From a virus (lineage: Duplodnaviria > Caudoviricetes): 64,000 nucleotides of DNA. Under the pieces are notes generated by a model. That model did no database searches. It had not been told where the DNA came from and saw nothing but the letters and a program-made list of their open reading frames with translations. The stretch lies in IMG/VR virus record IMGVR_UViG_2562617147_000003, positions 10,046 to 74,045 of that record; one strand, 5' to 3'. The stretch's first letter is position 1. The number at the start of each line of letters is the position of its first letter. Positions 39,301 to 48,382 of this stretch are shown one piece after another. The position numbers and the translations under genes are program-made.

Positions 39301-41529
39301 GACAGCCTGCGCCGCAAGGCTCAGGACGCCGCGCGCGGGCTTTATTCCGCCGTGGACGCCCTGCGCTGGGAGTTCCGCAAGGCCGACGGCTTCAGCAATG
39401 TGCCGGGCGAAGGGGAGGCCGGCCCCATGGAAACCATGCTGGACCAGATCCTGGGCGGCGAGCAGCGCGTCCGTGAGCGCGTGGAAGCCGTCAATCAGGC
39501 CATGGCTCCACATCTGGTCCACCTGGCCGACAGCGTGCGGCAGTGGGAGAAGCGCTACGGCAAAAATCTCATGCTCAAGGACGCTGTCGGCAGGCCCGTG
39601 GAATTGCCGCCCAGCCTGCACCGGGCCTACGGCAAAAAACACTGGACGGCGGACATGGTCCTGGCCCTGGCCCTCAATTGCGGCAACCGGTCCAATATGG
39701 CCCGCCTCGCCAGAGGGTATCCGGATCTGAACTATGAAACCCTGGAGACGCTGCTGGGCGATCAGACGGCCGCACGCATCTTCAATGCCGCCAGAGGACA
39801 GGACGCCGCCCCCACTCGCTCCGGCGGCAACCGTCCCGGCCTGCTCAGCCTGGACGACTGGCGGGCCGTGCAGGGCATCTGGGATGCTCTGGCCACCCAG
39901 TGGGCCGACACCCAGGCCGTGCACGAGCGCATGTTCGGCTTCAAGCCCCAGGGCGTGGAGCCGCGGCCCCTTGTCCTCACGGACCTGACCGGCAACGCCG
40001 TCACCCTGCCCGGCGGCTACTACCCCGTGCGCTATGATCCCAACGTCTCCGACCGCGTGGCGGCCTGGAATGAAAAGGAAGACCTCATGGCCCGCAACGA
40101 GGCCATGTTCTCTGTTCCGGCCGCCAGGCGCGGCTATACCCAGGCCCGCACCGAGCGCGCGCCGGTCCTGCCCCTGCGCCTGGATACCGGCATCATCATG
40201 GAACACATCAACGACGCCGTGCGCTTCATTGAATTGGGCGAGATCGTGCGCCGGGCGGACCGGGTCACCCAGAATCCCGCCTTCCGTGTGGAGTATGCCC
40301 GCGTCTACGGCCGGAGGGATTACGACGCCATCCGGCCCAACCTGCGCGGTCTGGTGCGGCAGGAGCCGCCGCCCAAAAGCGACTGGGTGGTCTCCGTCGC
40401 CAATGCCATGAGAAAATACCTTGTGCCCTGGGGCCTGGCCTGGAATCTCAAGGTGGCCGCCCTGCAAATGACCGCCGTTTTCCCGGCCATGGGCGATCTG
40501 GGCGCGCGGCCCGTGCTGCGCGCCATGGGGCATATGTCCCGTCACGGCCTCTCGACCATGCGCCGGATCTGGGAGGTCAGTCCCTATATGAAGTCCCGCA
40601 TGGACAATATCGACCAGGACCTCCGGCGCCATATGGCCAATTTCAATCCGGCCCGGCGTCCCAAATCCGTCCGCATCGGCAAACGGGAGATTGCCTGGGA
40701 AGATCTGGTCAACGCGGGCATGCTGCCCATCGTGGGCGTGGATATGGCCGCCACCGGCGCGGTCTGGCTGGCCGCCTACGCCAAAAAGCTCTCCCAACTG
40801 CAAGGGGAGGCCGCAAACTACGGCATCAGTACCGACAGCGAGTTCCACCGGCAGGCCGTGGACTTTGCCGACTCCATGGTCAAGCAGTCCAATCCGGACT
40901 ATGACCCCTCGTCCCGCAGCGGCTTTCTGCGCGCCCAGAACGGCTATCGCCTCGTCAACGCCTTCGCCGGCGCCGTCACGCTCTTTGCCGCCCGCCACAA
41001 GTACATGTATACCGCCCATGCCAAGGGCAAAATCAGCCTGGGCCGCCTGGCCAGGTTCGAGCTGTACGACACCATTCTGCCCGCCGCCGGCATGTTCCTT
41101 TTCCTGGCCCTGGTGCGCGGCTACGCCGGTGACGACGACAATGAGGAACTGACCAGGCTCGCCATGTCTTCGCTCTGCGACTTCGGCTCCCAGCGCATCC
41201 CCATTTTCGGCAGCAACGTGGGGGACGGTCTCATGTCCCTCATGGGCATGGGCGAAGGCAGCCAGAAACGGGGCGGCGTGCGCACCACGCTGGATACGCC
41301 CGTGCAGCTCTGGAGCGTGGCCACCGGCAGGGCGGGCCGCGCCCTGCATGAGGGCGTCACCAACGACGAGCAGGCCAGGCAACTTGTCTACGCCGCGGCC
41401 GACATCGCCAGCTTCCTGGCCAGGGTGCCCGTCTCCAAGCCCGCCTGCAATGCCGAGCGCGGCTGGGACCAGTGGCAGCGCGGCAAGGGCACGCCCCTTT
41501 CCGTGCTTATGCCCCGGCCGGGGAGGTAG
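36343..41529 (+). CDS. Giant polyvalent/ejection-type protein lacking an evident native N-terminus (LPD3-like plus HExxH)
   Basis: Frame open from 36343 with no ATG/RBS before GTG 36601; ALYQ linker, GNKFYNL, STIPHESAH. Confidence 0.7.
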   Translation, partial: FRPFEGPQSAFAHWLRQNKATALYQSAGGSPAQPKPAEAGRVSELKQGGFEHTLAEEGGTDKSPGDASAIPRRRAPVIEVRGDELGVPEGAPSREYQKAARELYRKLQKTPAQREDLGEIRFTKAGWSEAARTGADPRKWRLFPKLKEIIEGAAYIERHELRKQRKDNIIAFHWLETDVALGGENLRVGVQIAEDADGNKFYNLNQDLEGWSQKYEAPGADPALSDAGPQELRQNATAPVENRIVPDADSVNLHILPQEGGQGGPVVRGSVTLSPESAAARIFKEANLSTIPHESAHIFLDDLMRVAADDGSIALGNMRRSLADALKGEAPAVRRTVDALLADAAKSPAYKRIAALRTAVAELRANARDARAASRAHAAAVEELQRRAREKGETFQPGQTPPWFGHQAARILSRDHASANARAANIVSRAVGHLHALDQARADLRALRQWAQVPVEGELAQGSEEWTKFHETVALGFEQYLREGRAPSRKLEAAFARLRSWLLKVYGQARDILGLPVSDDVRRVFDRMLATDAQIRRTRGMRNVLAAESDFMGSGQLRHDEWDELNAMRGQAEREVQAAMDRATLRERNMRYKEYYAEALAGLDASPFWQMVGDLSARTRTPEGQSLGGLDRAGVARLIGEEQTAELSRARHGIINARGNGSPVDMAAMEQGYEDADALVHDLYDALVVRGESKKKLAVALAEQRLAEDDRAAEADALLHGGESYAAYLDKVDEVVLRIAARKGYRGVEEQDRFVRNSITPRSVVRNQAFQMLHNSPLRDITPERYQAMLDKALRDRSRALVDGDVMAAVRAVDNARVANELIWSSRDQLRRSDELLELAARTAAAKPGTFPTIHREALRKLLERYGLAHMRGLPDQTLGASSLRELVEKTLPGDDVAGILPSFADWLLDGVNPDTGAALQNGRQSWRDLTPAQLQEVENLLHYLRHVGYDARTDARNSEAARVELTANQAAARMRPLKEMPNAPADSLRRKAQDAARGLYSAVDALRWEFRKADGFSNVPGEGEAGPMETMLDQILGGEQRVRERVEAVNQAMAPHLVHLADSVRQWEKRYGKNLMLKDAVGRPVELPPSLHRAYGKKHWTADMVLALALNCGNRSNMARLARGYPDLNYETLETLLGDQTAARIFNAARGQDAAPTRSGGNRPGLLSLDDWRAVQGIWDALATQWADTQAVHERMFGFKPQGVEPRPLVLTDLTGNAVTLPGGYYPVRYDPNVSDRVAAWNEKEDLMARNEAMFSVPAARRGYTQARTERAPVLPLRLDTGIIMEHINDAVRFIELGEIVRRADRVTQNPAFRVEYARVYGRRDYDAIRPNLRGLVRQEPPPKSDWVVSVANAMRKYLVPWGLAWNLKVAALQMTAVFPAMGDLGARPVLRAMGHMSRHGLSTMRRIWEVSPYMKSRMDNIDQDLRRHMANFNPARRPKSVRIGKREIAWEDLVNAGMLPIVGVDMAATGAVWLAAYAKKLSQLQGEAANYGISTDSEFHRQAVDFADSMVKQSNPDYDPSSRSGFLRAQNGYRLVNAFAGAVTLFAARHKYMYTAHAKGKISLGRLARFELYDTILPAAGMFLFLALVRGYAGDDDNEELTRLAMSSLCDFGSQRIPIFGSNVGDGLMSLMGMGEGSQKRGGVRTTLDTPVQLWSVATGRAGRALHEGVTNDEQARQLVYAAADIASFLARVPVSKPACNAERGWDQWQRGKGTPLSVLMPRPGR

Positions 41530-41540
41530 CACCAACAACA

Positions 41541-41580
41541 AACATAGCCCCGGCGGAGAATTCTCCGTCAGGGCTATGTT
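41541..41580. terminator. Hairpin terminator between convergent genes
   Basis: AACATAGCCC...GGGCTATGTT perfect 10-bp arms. Confidence 0.7.
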
Positions 41581-41609
41581 TGTGAAGCACGTTAACTGCT
41601 CTAAAAACG

Positions 41610-42044
41610 CTAGGATTTGGGAACGGACTTGTCCAGCAGCTTGTTTCTACAGGAGGAAACTTTGCCGCTATCAAGCATCCAGCGGAAGTAGGCGTAACAA
41701 TCGCTTTTCGCGCCTTCTTTGCGCAGCATCTCCGCGTCGTTCATCCATACGAAGAAGACTTCTTTATCCGTGCTGAAAAATTTGAAAAACATGCGGTAAC
41801 GAGAGGGCAACAGGCGTTTTATCCTGCGCCAGTCCCGGTGCTCGGTCCCAAGGGTATTCCCGAGCAGATATTCCGGGTGGGTGGGATCCTGACGCGCTTT
41901 TTCCATCCCTCTCACAGCGCCGACATAAAGCTGTATGTCAGGGTGATTGCGCAGATTCTGATTTTCCCGGCGCAGCCGTTCGATGTTCCGTTCGAGCTGC
42001 TTCAAGCGGCTGTCAAGGTGGCGGGTAATATATGCGGCCCACAT
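41610..42044 (-). CDS. yhaV: YhaV-family toxin
   Basis: YLLGNTLG..HRDWRR, RYRMFFKF, WMND...RKEG.KSD.Y..F..ML. Confidence 0.78.
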   Translation of the reverse strand: MWAAYITRHLDSRLKQLERNIERLRRENQNLRNHPDIQLYVGAVRGMEKARQDPTHPEYLLGNTLGTEHRDWRRIKRLLPSRYRMFFKFFSTDKEVFFVWMNDAEMLRKEGAKSDCYAYFRWMLDSGKVSSCRNKLLDKSVPKS

Positions 42045-42049
42045 ATCGG

Positions 42050-42676
42050 CTAGTCCACGTACTGGGAAAGTTCGTCGGCAAACTTTTTCATTTCAGCCCA
42101 CCGCTCGTCGCTTATTTTTGATGCCGTGCGCAGGTCATCTCCCGGCAAGGCTGCCTGCAGTCCGGCAACGGCTTTCTCATCGTTCTCGCCGTCAATGCTC
42201 AAAAGTGCTGCGGCTTGGGACAGCACAGGGCTGAAAATCCCCATTTGGGCGGCCGCATGTATGATGTCCGCCGCCGCATCCATATCGCCGATATCGACCG
42301 CGGTAACGATAAGGCTGTCGATGAATATCCAATCGTTCTGCTGTTTGCAGAGAGCCAGGCTTTCGCGGATTTCCTGGGATGCTTTTTCCGGATATCCGTG
42401 ATTGGCGAGTAAAACCGCGTAATTGGCATGCACATCAAGGGAATTCGGCGCGATTTGAAGGGCTTCCTCAAAGCAGCGCATGACCGAAGCGGCATCCCCG
42501 TCAACGGACGCCAGCAGAGCCTGTAAAATAAGCGCGCATACGGGATCATGTCCCATACCGGCGTCGATAGCCCTTGTGATTTCATAGCGGTCAATATCGC
42601 CCAAGCGCCTGCCGTCCTTGATCACGGTATTGAGCTTGGCGACATATTCGTTGATCTTAAGCGCGGGAACCGGCAT
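42050..42676 (-). CDS. Helical (TPR-like) protein, candidate atypical antitoxin
   Basis: FEEALQIAPNSLDVHANYAVLL TPR-like repeat; 5 bp upstream of yhaV. Confidence 0.6.
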   Translation of the reverse strand: MPVPALKINEYVAKLNTVIKDGRRLGDIDRYEITRAIDAGMGHDPVCALILQALLASVDGDAASVMRCFEEALQIAPNSLDVHANYAVLLANHGYPEKASQEIRESLALCKQQNDWIFIDSLIVTAVDIGDMDAAADIIHAAAQMGIFSPVLSQAAALLSIDGENDEKAVAGLQAALPGDDLRTASKISDERWAEMKKFADELSQYVD

Positions 42677-42861
42677 TGCATACCTCTCTGGCCCGGAGGA
42701 TACTGTGAGGGCAGATGAAGCTCAATGAATTTTATTTTGCCCTCTGAAGCGAAGGCACGCTATGCCGCTGGCTTTCTGGCCCGCGTCCAAGCAGGCCTGC
42801 AACGCAGCGAGGGGACTCCACAATCTGTGGCTATACCGAGATGGAAAGGTAAAATAGAAAA

Positions 42862-43632
42862 CTATGAAACAGCTCTACATAAATTTTGTCGAGCTCTCGG
42901 GGGAATTTGAATTTGTTCTCTTTTAAAAATAACAGAGCGTAAATCTTGTAAAAAATTATTTACACTTGGCATGGATACCCGCAAAGGGTCTATCTGACCT
43001 CTATTGATAAGCTCACATAGTGTTCTTGCTGAGTAGTCACCAATAACTTCTCTCAAAATTGCTTTTGCATAATGTGGACTCGTATCGCTCCCAGATAATT
43101 GAGTCTCTAATCTTGCACACTTTTGCGTTTGATAATTCTCTTTTAAGGCACATATTAACCATGCTTCAGAAGTTGGACATGGAACAATAGGACAAATATG
43201 AAAAATATTACTGTCTTGCGAAAAACAGGATGCTGTTTTTATTGAATTCCGAATTTCTGTATTTCGTCTAGTATCATGAGAGCGATTATCAGTATCGCGG
43301 AATAAGATAGGAAGTACATCATCACTCTGCTGCTGAGAGAGCGATAATGCCGCCGCCATTAAAGCGCGCGTCCTCTTTCTCCCTTCAGCGGAGTCATTTT
43401 CTCTTCCACTTGAAATTGCCATAGGCACAAGTCGCCTAGATATACCAGCAATATAAGTTCTAGGGGCAAACCAAAATTGTCCAACTGTTAGGGTAGATTC
43501 TATATGGGCTTGAATAAATTTTTCAATAAACAGTGTAATCGGACCAAGAGTCCAGCTACCAGGCGGGCATAAATCAGTGGAAGTCGCACATCCAATGTCT
43601 GTTGGCCCTTCTCCTGTAACCAAGACTAACAT
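42862..43632 (-). CDS. TOPRIM-like (DUF4276/RloB-like) protein
   Basis: LVTGEGPTD, LFRDTD, SEAWLI; start overlaps the ATPase stop. Confidence 0.65.
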   Translation of the reverse strand: MLVLVTGEGPTDIGCATSTDLCPPGSWTLGPITLFIEKFIQAHIESTLTVGQFWFAPRTYIAGISRRLVPMAISSGRENDSAEGRKRTRALMAAALSLSQQQSDDVLPILFRDTDNRSHDTRRNTEIRNSIKTASCFSQDSNIFHICPIVPCPTSEAWLICALKENYQTQKCARLETQLSGSDTSPHYAKAILREVIGDYSARTLCELINRGQIDPLRVSMPSVNNFLQDLRSVIFKREQIQIPPRARQNLCRAVS

Positions 43633-44786
43633 TATTCTAGCCCTTTTTCTTCAAGCGCGCTAATCTCTTTAGAAATTTCAGTTGAACTGGAATCAAGAAA
43701 AGCCTCTCCAGGTCCTAAAAAATCAAGTTTCTCATTGATGCCTGGAAGAGAGAAGAATTTAACTGCTCCTGAATTTCCAGCTTCCTTTCTATACATGAGA
43801 ATCACAGAATCCCGTGCGATCTTCTCATCAATATAATTAAGAATAACAGGATTATGTGTTGTTATAAGTATTTGTTTGTTACAATCCATAATAAAATCTA
43901 TAAGCTTTTTCATTACCTCAGGGTTAAGCCCATTTTCAATTTCATCAAAGATAATAAATGTATCAAGTGTTTCAATTTCTGTAAGAAAGGCAAGTATCCT
44001 TAATAACCCATCGCAGGTGTGTGTAGCCGATACTCTAATAATTCCAGATTCAGACTCTTCAGTAAATTCAATATCTGTCCAGCCAGCTCTCCGGGTTATT
44101 GCACGTGCCGAATGGAACCATGGGTAAATATCTTTTAGTCTAGAATTAATTTTATCTTTTTGTGCTGATGAAAGGCCAGAAAAGACACCTGCAACACGTT
44201 CTCCTCCACGCCCAATACCTCCAGAGGTACGCCGAGATCTGGCTCGAAGCTGTAAGGAATTGAGTGTGTCAAAAGAATGCATTCCTCTTATATACGAGGA
44301 AAATTTATTAGCTGTATTCCCATTTTTGATAAAATTTTGTTTTAAATGAGCTAAGATAGATCCTTCGAATTCATTTACAATTGGATATATGTTATTATTA
44401 CAAGTAACTTTTCCTTCAGAAACACTGAGAATGTGTTCACCATCAATCAGCATTTTTTCTGTTATACATCTTCTGAGTATTGTATTGTATGATGCTTCCC
44501 ATGAAATGTGTTTTTTATCAAAACAACCTTCTAATTTAAGTGAGATCGTGCGCATTTTTTTTGATGACATAATATCAAGCGGATTCCAGCCTCGACTATT
44601 AAACCAGCTTGTGAGATTTCCCCGAAAAATTGCGCCAATGAAATCAAGGCACTGGAGTACAGTGGATTTTCCGCTACCATTATTACCAATTAAAAAAAGT
44701 ATATTCCCATCTTTTGGAAAAGGAAGTGAAAAATCATTCAGCGATTTAAATTTATCAATATGAAGAGCGGTAATTCTGTCCATCAT
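43632..44786 (-). CDS. ABC-type AAA_21 ATPase
   Basis: IGNNGSGKST, TCDGLLR signature-like, IIFDEIENGLNP, ITTHNP; low GC. Confidence 0.85.
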   Translation of the reverse strand: MMDRITALHIDKFKSLNDFSLPFPKDGNILFLIGNNGSGKSTVLQCLDFIGAIFRGNLTSWFNSRGWNPLDIMSSKKMRTISLKLEGCFDKKHISWEASYNTILRRCITEKMLIDGEHILSVSEGKVTCNNNIYPIVNEFEGSILAHLKQNFIKNGNTANKFSSYIRGMHSFDTLNSLQLRARSRRTSGGIGRGGERVAGVFSGLSSAQKDKINSRLKDIYPWFHSARAITRRAGWTDIEFTEESESGIIRVSATHTCDGLLRILAFLTEIETLDTFIIFDEIENGLNPEVMKKLIDFIMDCNKQILITTHNPVILNYIDEKIARDSVILMYRKEAGNSGAVKFFSLPGINEKLDFLGPGEAFLDSSSTEISKEISALEEKGLE

Positions 44787-45214
44787 AGTTTAGCCAGTGT
44801 TTAAAATAGCTGAATGGGTCTAAAAGATGACCAGTATGAAGCTGGATTTGCCTCCGGTAGGCATTGGGCGGGTCAGGTGAAAATGCCTCTTGGCATGGGC
44901 TCCCTAACGTCAGCTACGAAGTGCAATTTATTACTGGAGAGCTACGAAAACTTTATAATCCATACCATGTGATGCATTCAAAGCCAAGCTATTTTCCCCC
45001 AGAGGACGCGACGAAAAACCTCTGCCGCTCCTACGTGTCTCCTGCGTACCAAGACTTAGGGCCTCCGCTCTGGTCCATTCCGTCGCCTCACACTGCCGCA
45101 AATAAGCTCGCCCCATGCATCACCGGTGACATGCTCATTCCGCAGCGCTCGGCCCTATCTCTGTCGGTGCACGGCGCACCCGGCTCAACACTCACAGACC
45201 TGCCCATGGCAAGC

Positions 45215-45811
45215 TCAATTCAGCAACCCGCGCACTGTGTCGCCATAAACATCTACCTGCGCGTCCGGCACGGCCTCCCGCACGACGCCGGGCCTGTTCA
45301 GAAGCGCGCTGATCACCACTCCGGCGCAAAGCAGCAGCATGACCAGCGCAAACACCCCCAGCACGGTCTTGTAATACGGCTTCGCGGGCGCTTCGCTCCT
45401 GACGCCCCGCGCCATGCGGCGCAGCAGCCGCCACAACAGATGCAGCCCACCCAGCGCCGCCAGAGGGGCCGCGGCGCAGAGCGCCAGAAAAAGGGGAAAG
45501 TTTCTGAACGCGTGAAATTCCCGCCCGAACACCTTGGCAATCATTTTAAAAAAAGCTGTCAGGGTTTGGTCAATCTTTTCATCCAGGGGAAGACGGTCAT
45601 AGGGGATGGCGCGTAGGTCTTCCGCCGGCGTGATTTCGCAGTCAAAATTCATGGAATACTTTTTATTTATTCTGGCGCACTCAGCCGGGTCGGGCTTCCG
45701 TCTGGCCTCAATGGTATACGAAAAGTCCGGGGCCGGGCCATATGCGCTCGTTTCAGTGCCCACATACGGCCTGTGGCTGTTCATAAAGAGAAAAATGAAG
45801 AACCCGCCCAT
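45215..45811 (-). CDS. Hypothetical membrane protein
   Basis: Two hydrophobic segments; start uncertain. Confidence 0.45.
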   Translation of the reverse strand: MGGFFIFLFMNSHRPYVGTETSAYGPAPDFSYTIEARRKPDPAECARINKKYSMNFDCEITPAEDLRAIPYDRLPLDEKIDQTLTAFFKMIAKVFGREFHAFRNFPLFLALCAAAPLAALGGLHLLWRLLRRMARGVRSEAPAKPYYKTVLGVFALVMLLLCAGVVISALLNRPGVVREAVPDAQVDVYGDTVRGLLN

Positions 45812-46972
45812 TACTGCATCATGCGGCGGCGCTCATCCAGATATAGGGCATGGTTATATGCGCGCCGCACACTGTCGCGTTCCCCCGTGGGCGAGTTGTG
45901 CCTCGATAATGTCCGACCTGTACCCTTGTTCGTTGAGCAGAGTAGAAGCCATGCTCCGGAAACCATGAATTGTCATCTCCCCCTTAGTGTAGCCCATACG
46001 CCGCAGCGCATTGAGCAGGCCCATATTCGACATGCAACGGGTCATGGTGAAGGGGGAGGGAAACAGCAGCAGGGATCGCCCCGAATATTCGCGTAGGGAT
46101 TCAAGCAGTTCTAATACTTGCCGGGCCAGCGGCACAATATGGGGGCGGCGCATCTTCATGCGCCCGGCGGGGATGAGCCACTCAGCCCTGGCAATGTCTA
46201 TCTCTGCCCACGCGGCCCCGCGCAACTCAACGGAGCGGACGAAAAGGTAGGGGAGGGTTTGCAACGCATGGCGGGTTACAGGGTCGCCCTGATAGCCGTC
46301 GATGGCTTGGAGCAGCCGTCCTATGGCTGCCGGGTCGGTTATCGTTGCGTGGTGCCTGTCTTTGGGGATTGGGGGCAAAGCTTCGTGCAGGCCCGCCGCA
46401 ACGTCGAATTTTGCATATCCGACAATCCGAGCATATCTGCAAATTTTCCCCATAAGTTGGGTCAACCTATGAGACATTTCAACAGCACCCCGGCTCTGTG
46501 TGTGCCGGACCGCTTCAAGGATATGAGCAGGCTCCAGGGTTGCAAAGGGGATGCTTCCAATGAACGGGAAGATATGATTTTCCAACCGTGAGAGCAGTTG
46601 TTTTTTATAGCCCTCGGTCAATTGTGTTGTCTTTGTCGCAAACCACTCGCGCGCCACGGTTTCAAATGTCCTGGTTTTTTCTTCCGCAATGACAACGGCG
46701 GCGGCTTTGACTTCCTTTTTGTGCTCGCTAGGGTCTACGCCGTGGGCCAGCAAGGTTCGCGCCTCATCCCGCCGCTTGCGGGCCTCTTTCAAAGAAATGT
46801 CTGGATACACGCCTAGGGCCAACGTTTTTTGCTTGCCGCCGAAGCGATATGCCAAGCGCCAATACTTCCCGCCCTTGGCGTAGACATGGATATAACGCCC
46901 GCCGCCGTCCGCCTTTTTCAGTGTGCGGCCCGTGGCCTTCAATCCCCTCAACAGCGTGTCTGACAGTGCCAT
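45811..46972 (-). pseudogene. int: P4-type tyrosine integrase with frameshift before the catalytic Tyr
   Basis: DGGGRY...KYWRLAYRFGGKQKTLALGVYP; HGFRSMAST; extra G at 45882-45886 puts ERDSVRRAYNH out of frame; TAA at 45811-45813. Confidence 0.85.
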
Positions 46973-47151
46973 ATCGCCCTTGTTGGTACATTGATGGTTG
47001 GTATGTGCGGCTTCCGTTTTATGCCAACACAGGTACCAACGAAAAGGCGGCTGTCAACGTACTTAGGCGGAAGCAGGCGAACCCTTAAAAAGCGAAAATC
47101 CGCTCAGCACAAAGGCTTTGCGGACTTTCATGAACTCTTATGAACCTTGTT

Positions 47152-47216
47152 TGGCGGGGACGCATAGGAGTCGAACCTACCGCAGACCGTAAAGCCTGCC
47201 ACCGGTTTTGAAGACC
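47152..47216 (-). tRNA. selC: 3' fragment of tRNA-Sec (att site), not an intact gene
   Basis: GGT-CT-TCA-AA-ACC anticodon loop, long variable arm, GGTTCGACTCC T-arm, CCA end; 5' acceptor and D arm absent. Confidence 0.8.
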
Positions 47217-47288
47217 TATCACCCCGCAGCATAAAGGAAGACTTGTTTTTTCCGTACACCTCCAGAGGAAAAACCTTTTGGAGGCGTT

Positions 47289-48152
47289 ATGCTTACGTTA
47301 GATGAAGCCTGGAACAGCTATCTTGCGACCCGCCACCTGACCCCATACGGGTATTTGACGGATATGAGCCGTTACCGTGTCCATCTGCAAACTTATTGGC
47401 ACGGAAAAACTCTAACGTCAATAAAAACCCTGGATATTCAATTTTATACAAACCACCTGTTTGAGAAAGGACTTTCTCCGCAAACCGTCAGGCTATGCCT
47501 TGGCCAGTTGCGGCGCATCATGCGTCGCGCTCATCGGTTAGGGCTACTGGAAGGCCAACTGCCATATTTTGAAATGCCCCCAGCCGACAGCGTGCGTTAC
47601 CGTTATCTTGAGCCGGAGGAGGCCACTAGTCTTTTGCAGGTGTTACGCAATCTCTCTCAGCTTTGGCATGACATAGCCTTGCTTTCTCTTAATACAGGAA
47701 TGCGGGCGAGTGAGATTTTTTCTTTGCGTGGAGCCAATATAAATGTTCCACAAGAGAATATTATTTTGCATAAAACAAAAAATCTCAAGCAGCGTATTGT
47801 TCCATTGAATAGTCCATCCCTAAACATTGTAAAAAAATATCATAGAAAAAATGCAGAGCTTCTTTTTCATCAGGAAGAAAGCTCTAATAAGCAATTTGTA
47901 AAAATATCAAAAAAATTCAGAAGAGCAGTTGAGATAAGCGGATTAAATGAAGGCATTATAGATAATCGTTATCGTGTTGTTTTTCATACTCTACGTCATA
48001 CATTTGCAAGTTGGCTTGTGCAGCGTGGAGTATCATTGCAGGTTGTCAGCAATCTTTTAGGACACAGCTCTGTTCGCGTAACTGAACGCTATGCGCATCT
48101 TGCGCCGGATCAAGGCCGAAATGCTCTTAAATTTTTGCCTTGTATTTCATAG
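47289..48152 (+). CDS. Tyrosine recombinase/integrase
   Basis: LNTGMRASEI, HKTKN, FHTLRHTFASW, LLGHSS...TERYAH; catalytic residues intact. Confidence 0.9.
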   Translation: MLTLDEAWNSYLATRHLTPYGYLTDMSRYRVHLQTYWHGKTLTSIKTLDIQFYTNHLFEKGLSPQTVRLCLGQLRRIMRRAHRLGLLEGQLPYFEMPPADSVRYRYLEPEEATSLLQVLRNLSQLWHDIALLSLNTGMRASEIFSLRGANINVPQENIILHKTKNLKQRIVPLNSPSLNIVKKYHRKNAELLFHQEESSNKQFVKISKKFRRAVEISGLNEGIIDNRYRVVFHTLRHTFASWLVQRGVSLQVVSNLLGHSSVRVTERYAHLAPDQGRNALKFLPCIS

Positions 48153-48274
48153 TATTACATATCATCAATGCAAAAAATCGCAACCTTCTGCAACTTTCTG
48201 CAATTGTGCTGACAGCTTTTGCGGAAATTTGTTAATAGTTGCAAAGATAATCAATGCAGAAGAAGACAGGACAG

Positions 48275-48320
48275 GTAAAGTAACGTCACTTTTCAAGTGA
48301 CGACTTTACGTCCTGCCCCC
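48275..48320 (+). promoter_or_regulatory. Putative oriT (MOBP-type nic)
   Basis: IR GTAAAGTAACGTCACTT/AAGTGACGACTTTAC followed by GTCCTG^CCCC, resembling RP4 ATCCTG^C. Confidence 0.65.
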
Positions 48321-48382
48321 TCAACGCCGGGGGTGGCTTGCTTATTCGCCTTCGGCTCAACGCTAAAAACAGGGAGAAAATC

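Larger units (their letters stand above)
1..47151. mobile_element. Temperate prophage with T7/BPP-1-like podovirus structural module; left end outside window, right end at selC-derived att next to a P4-type integrase
   Basis: Ordered primase, lysis, terminase, portal, capsid, tail and ejection genes; cargo region 33-45.8 kb; integrase pseudogene next to tRNA 3' end. Confidence 0.85.

Noticed and set aside
37012-41541. 1509-aa minus-strand ORF, and similar long antisense ORFs (9469-10923, 11663-13429, 17033-18727, 24341-26602, 30716-32032)
   Set aside because: Shadow frames of GC-rich genes with recognisable products on the opposite strand; no motifs or RBS
47152-47240. Intact tRNA-Sec gene
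   Set aside because: 5' acceptor strand and D arm missing; anticodon stem unpaired beyond 3 bp
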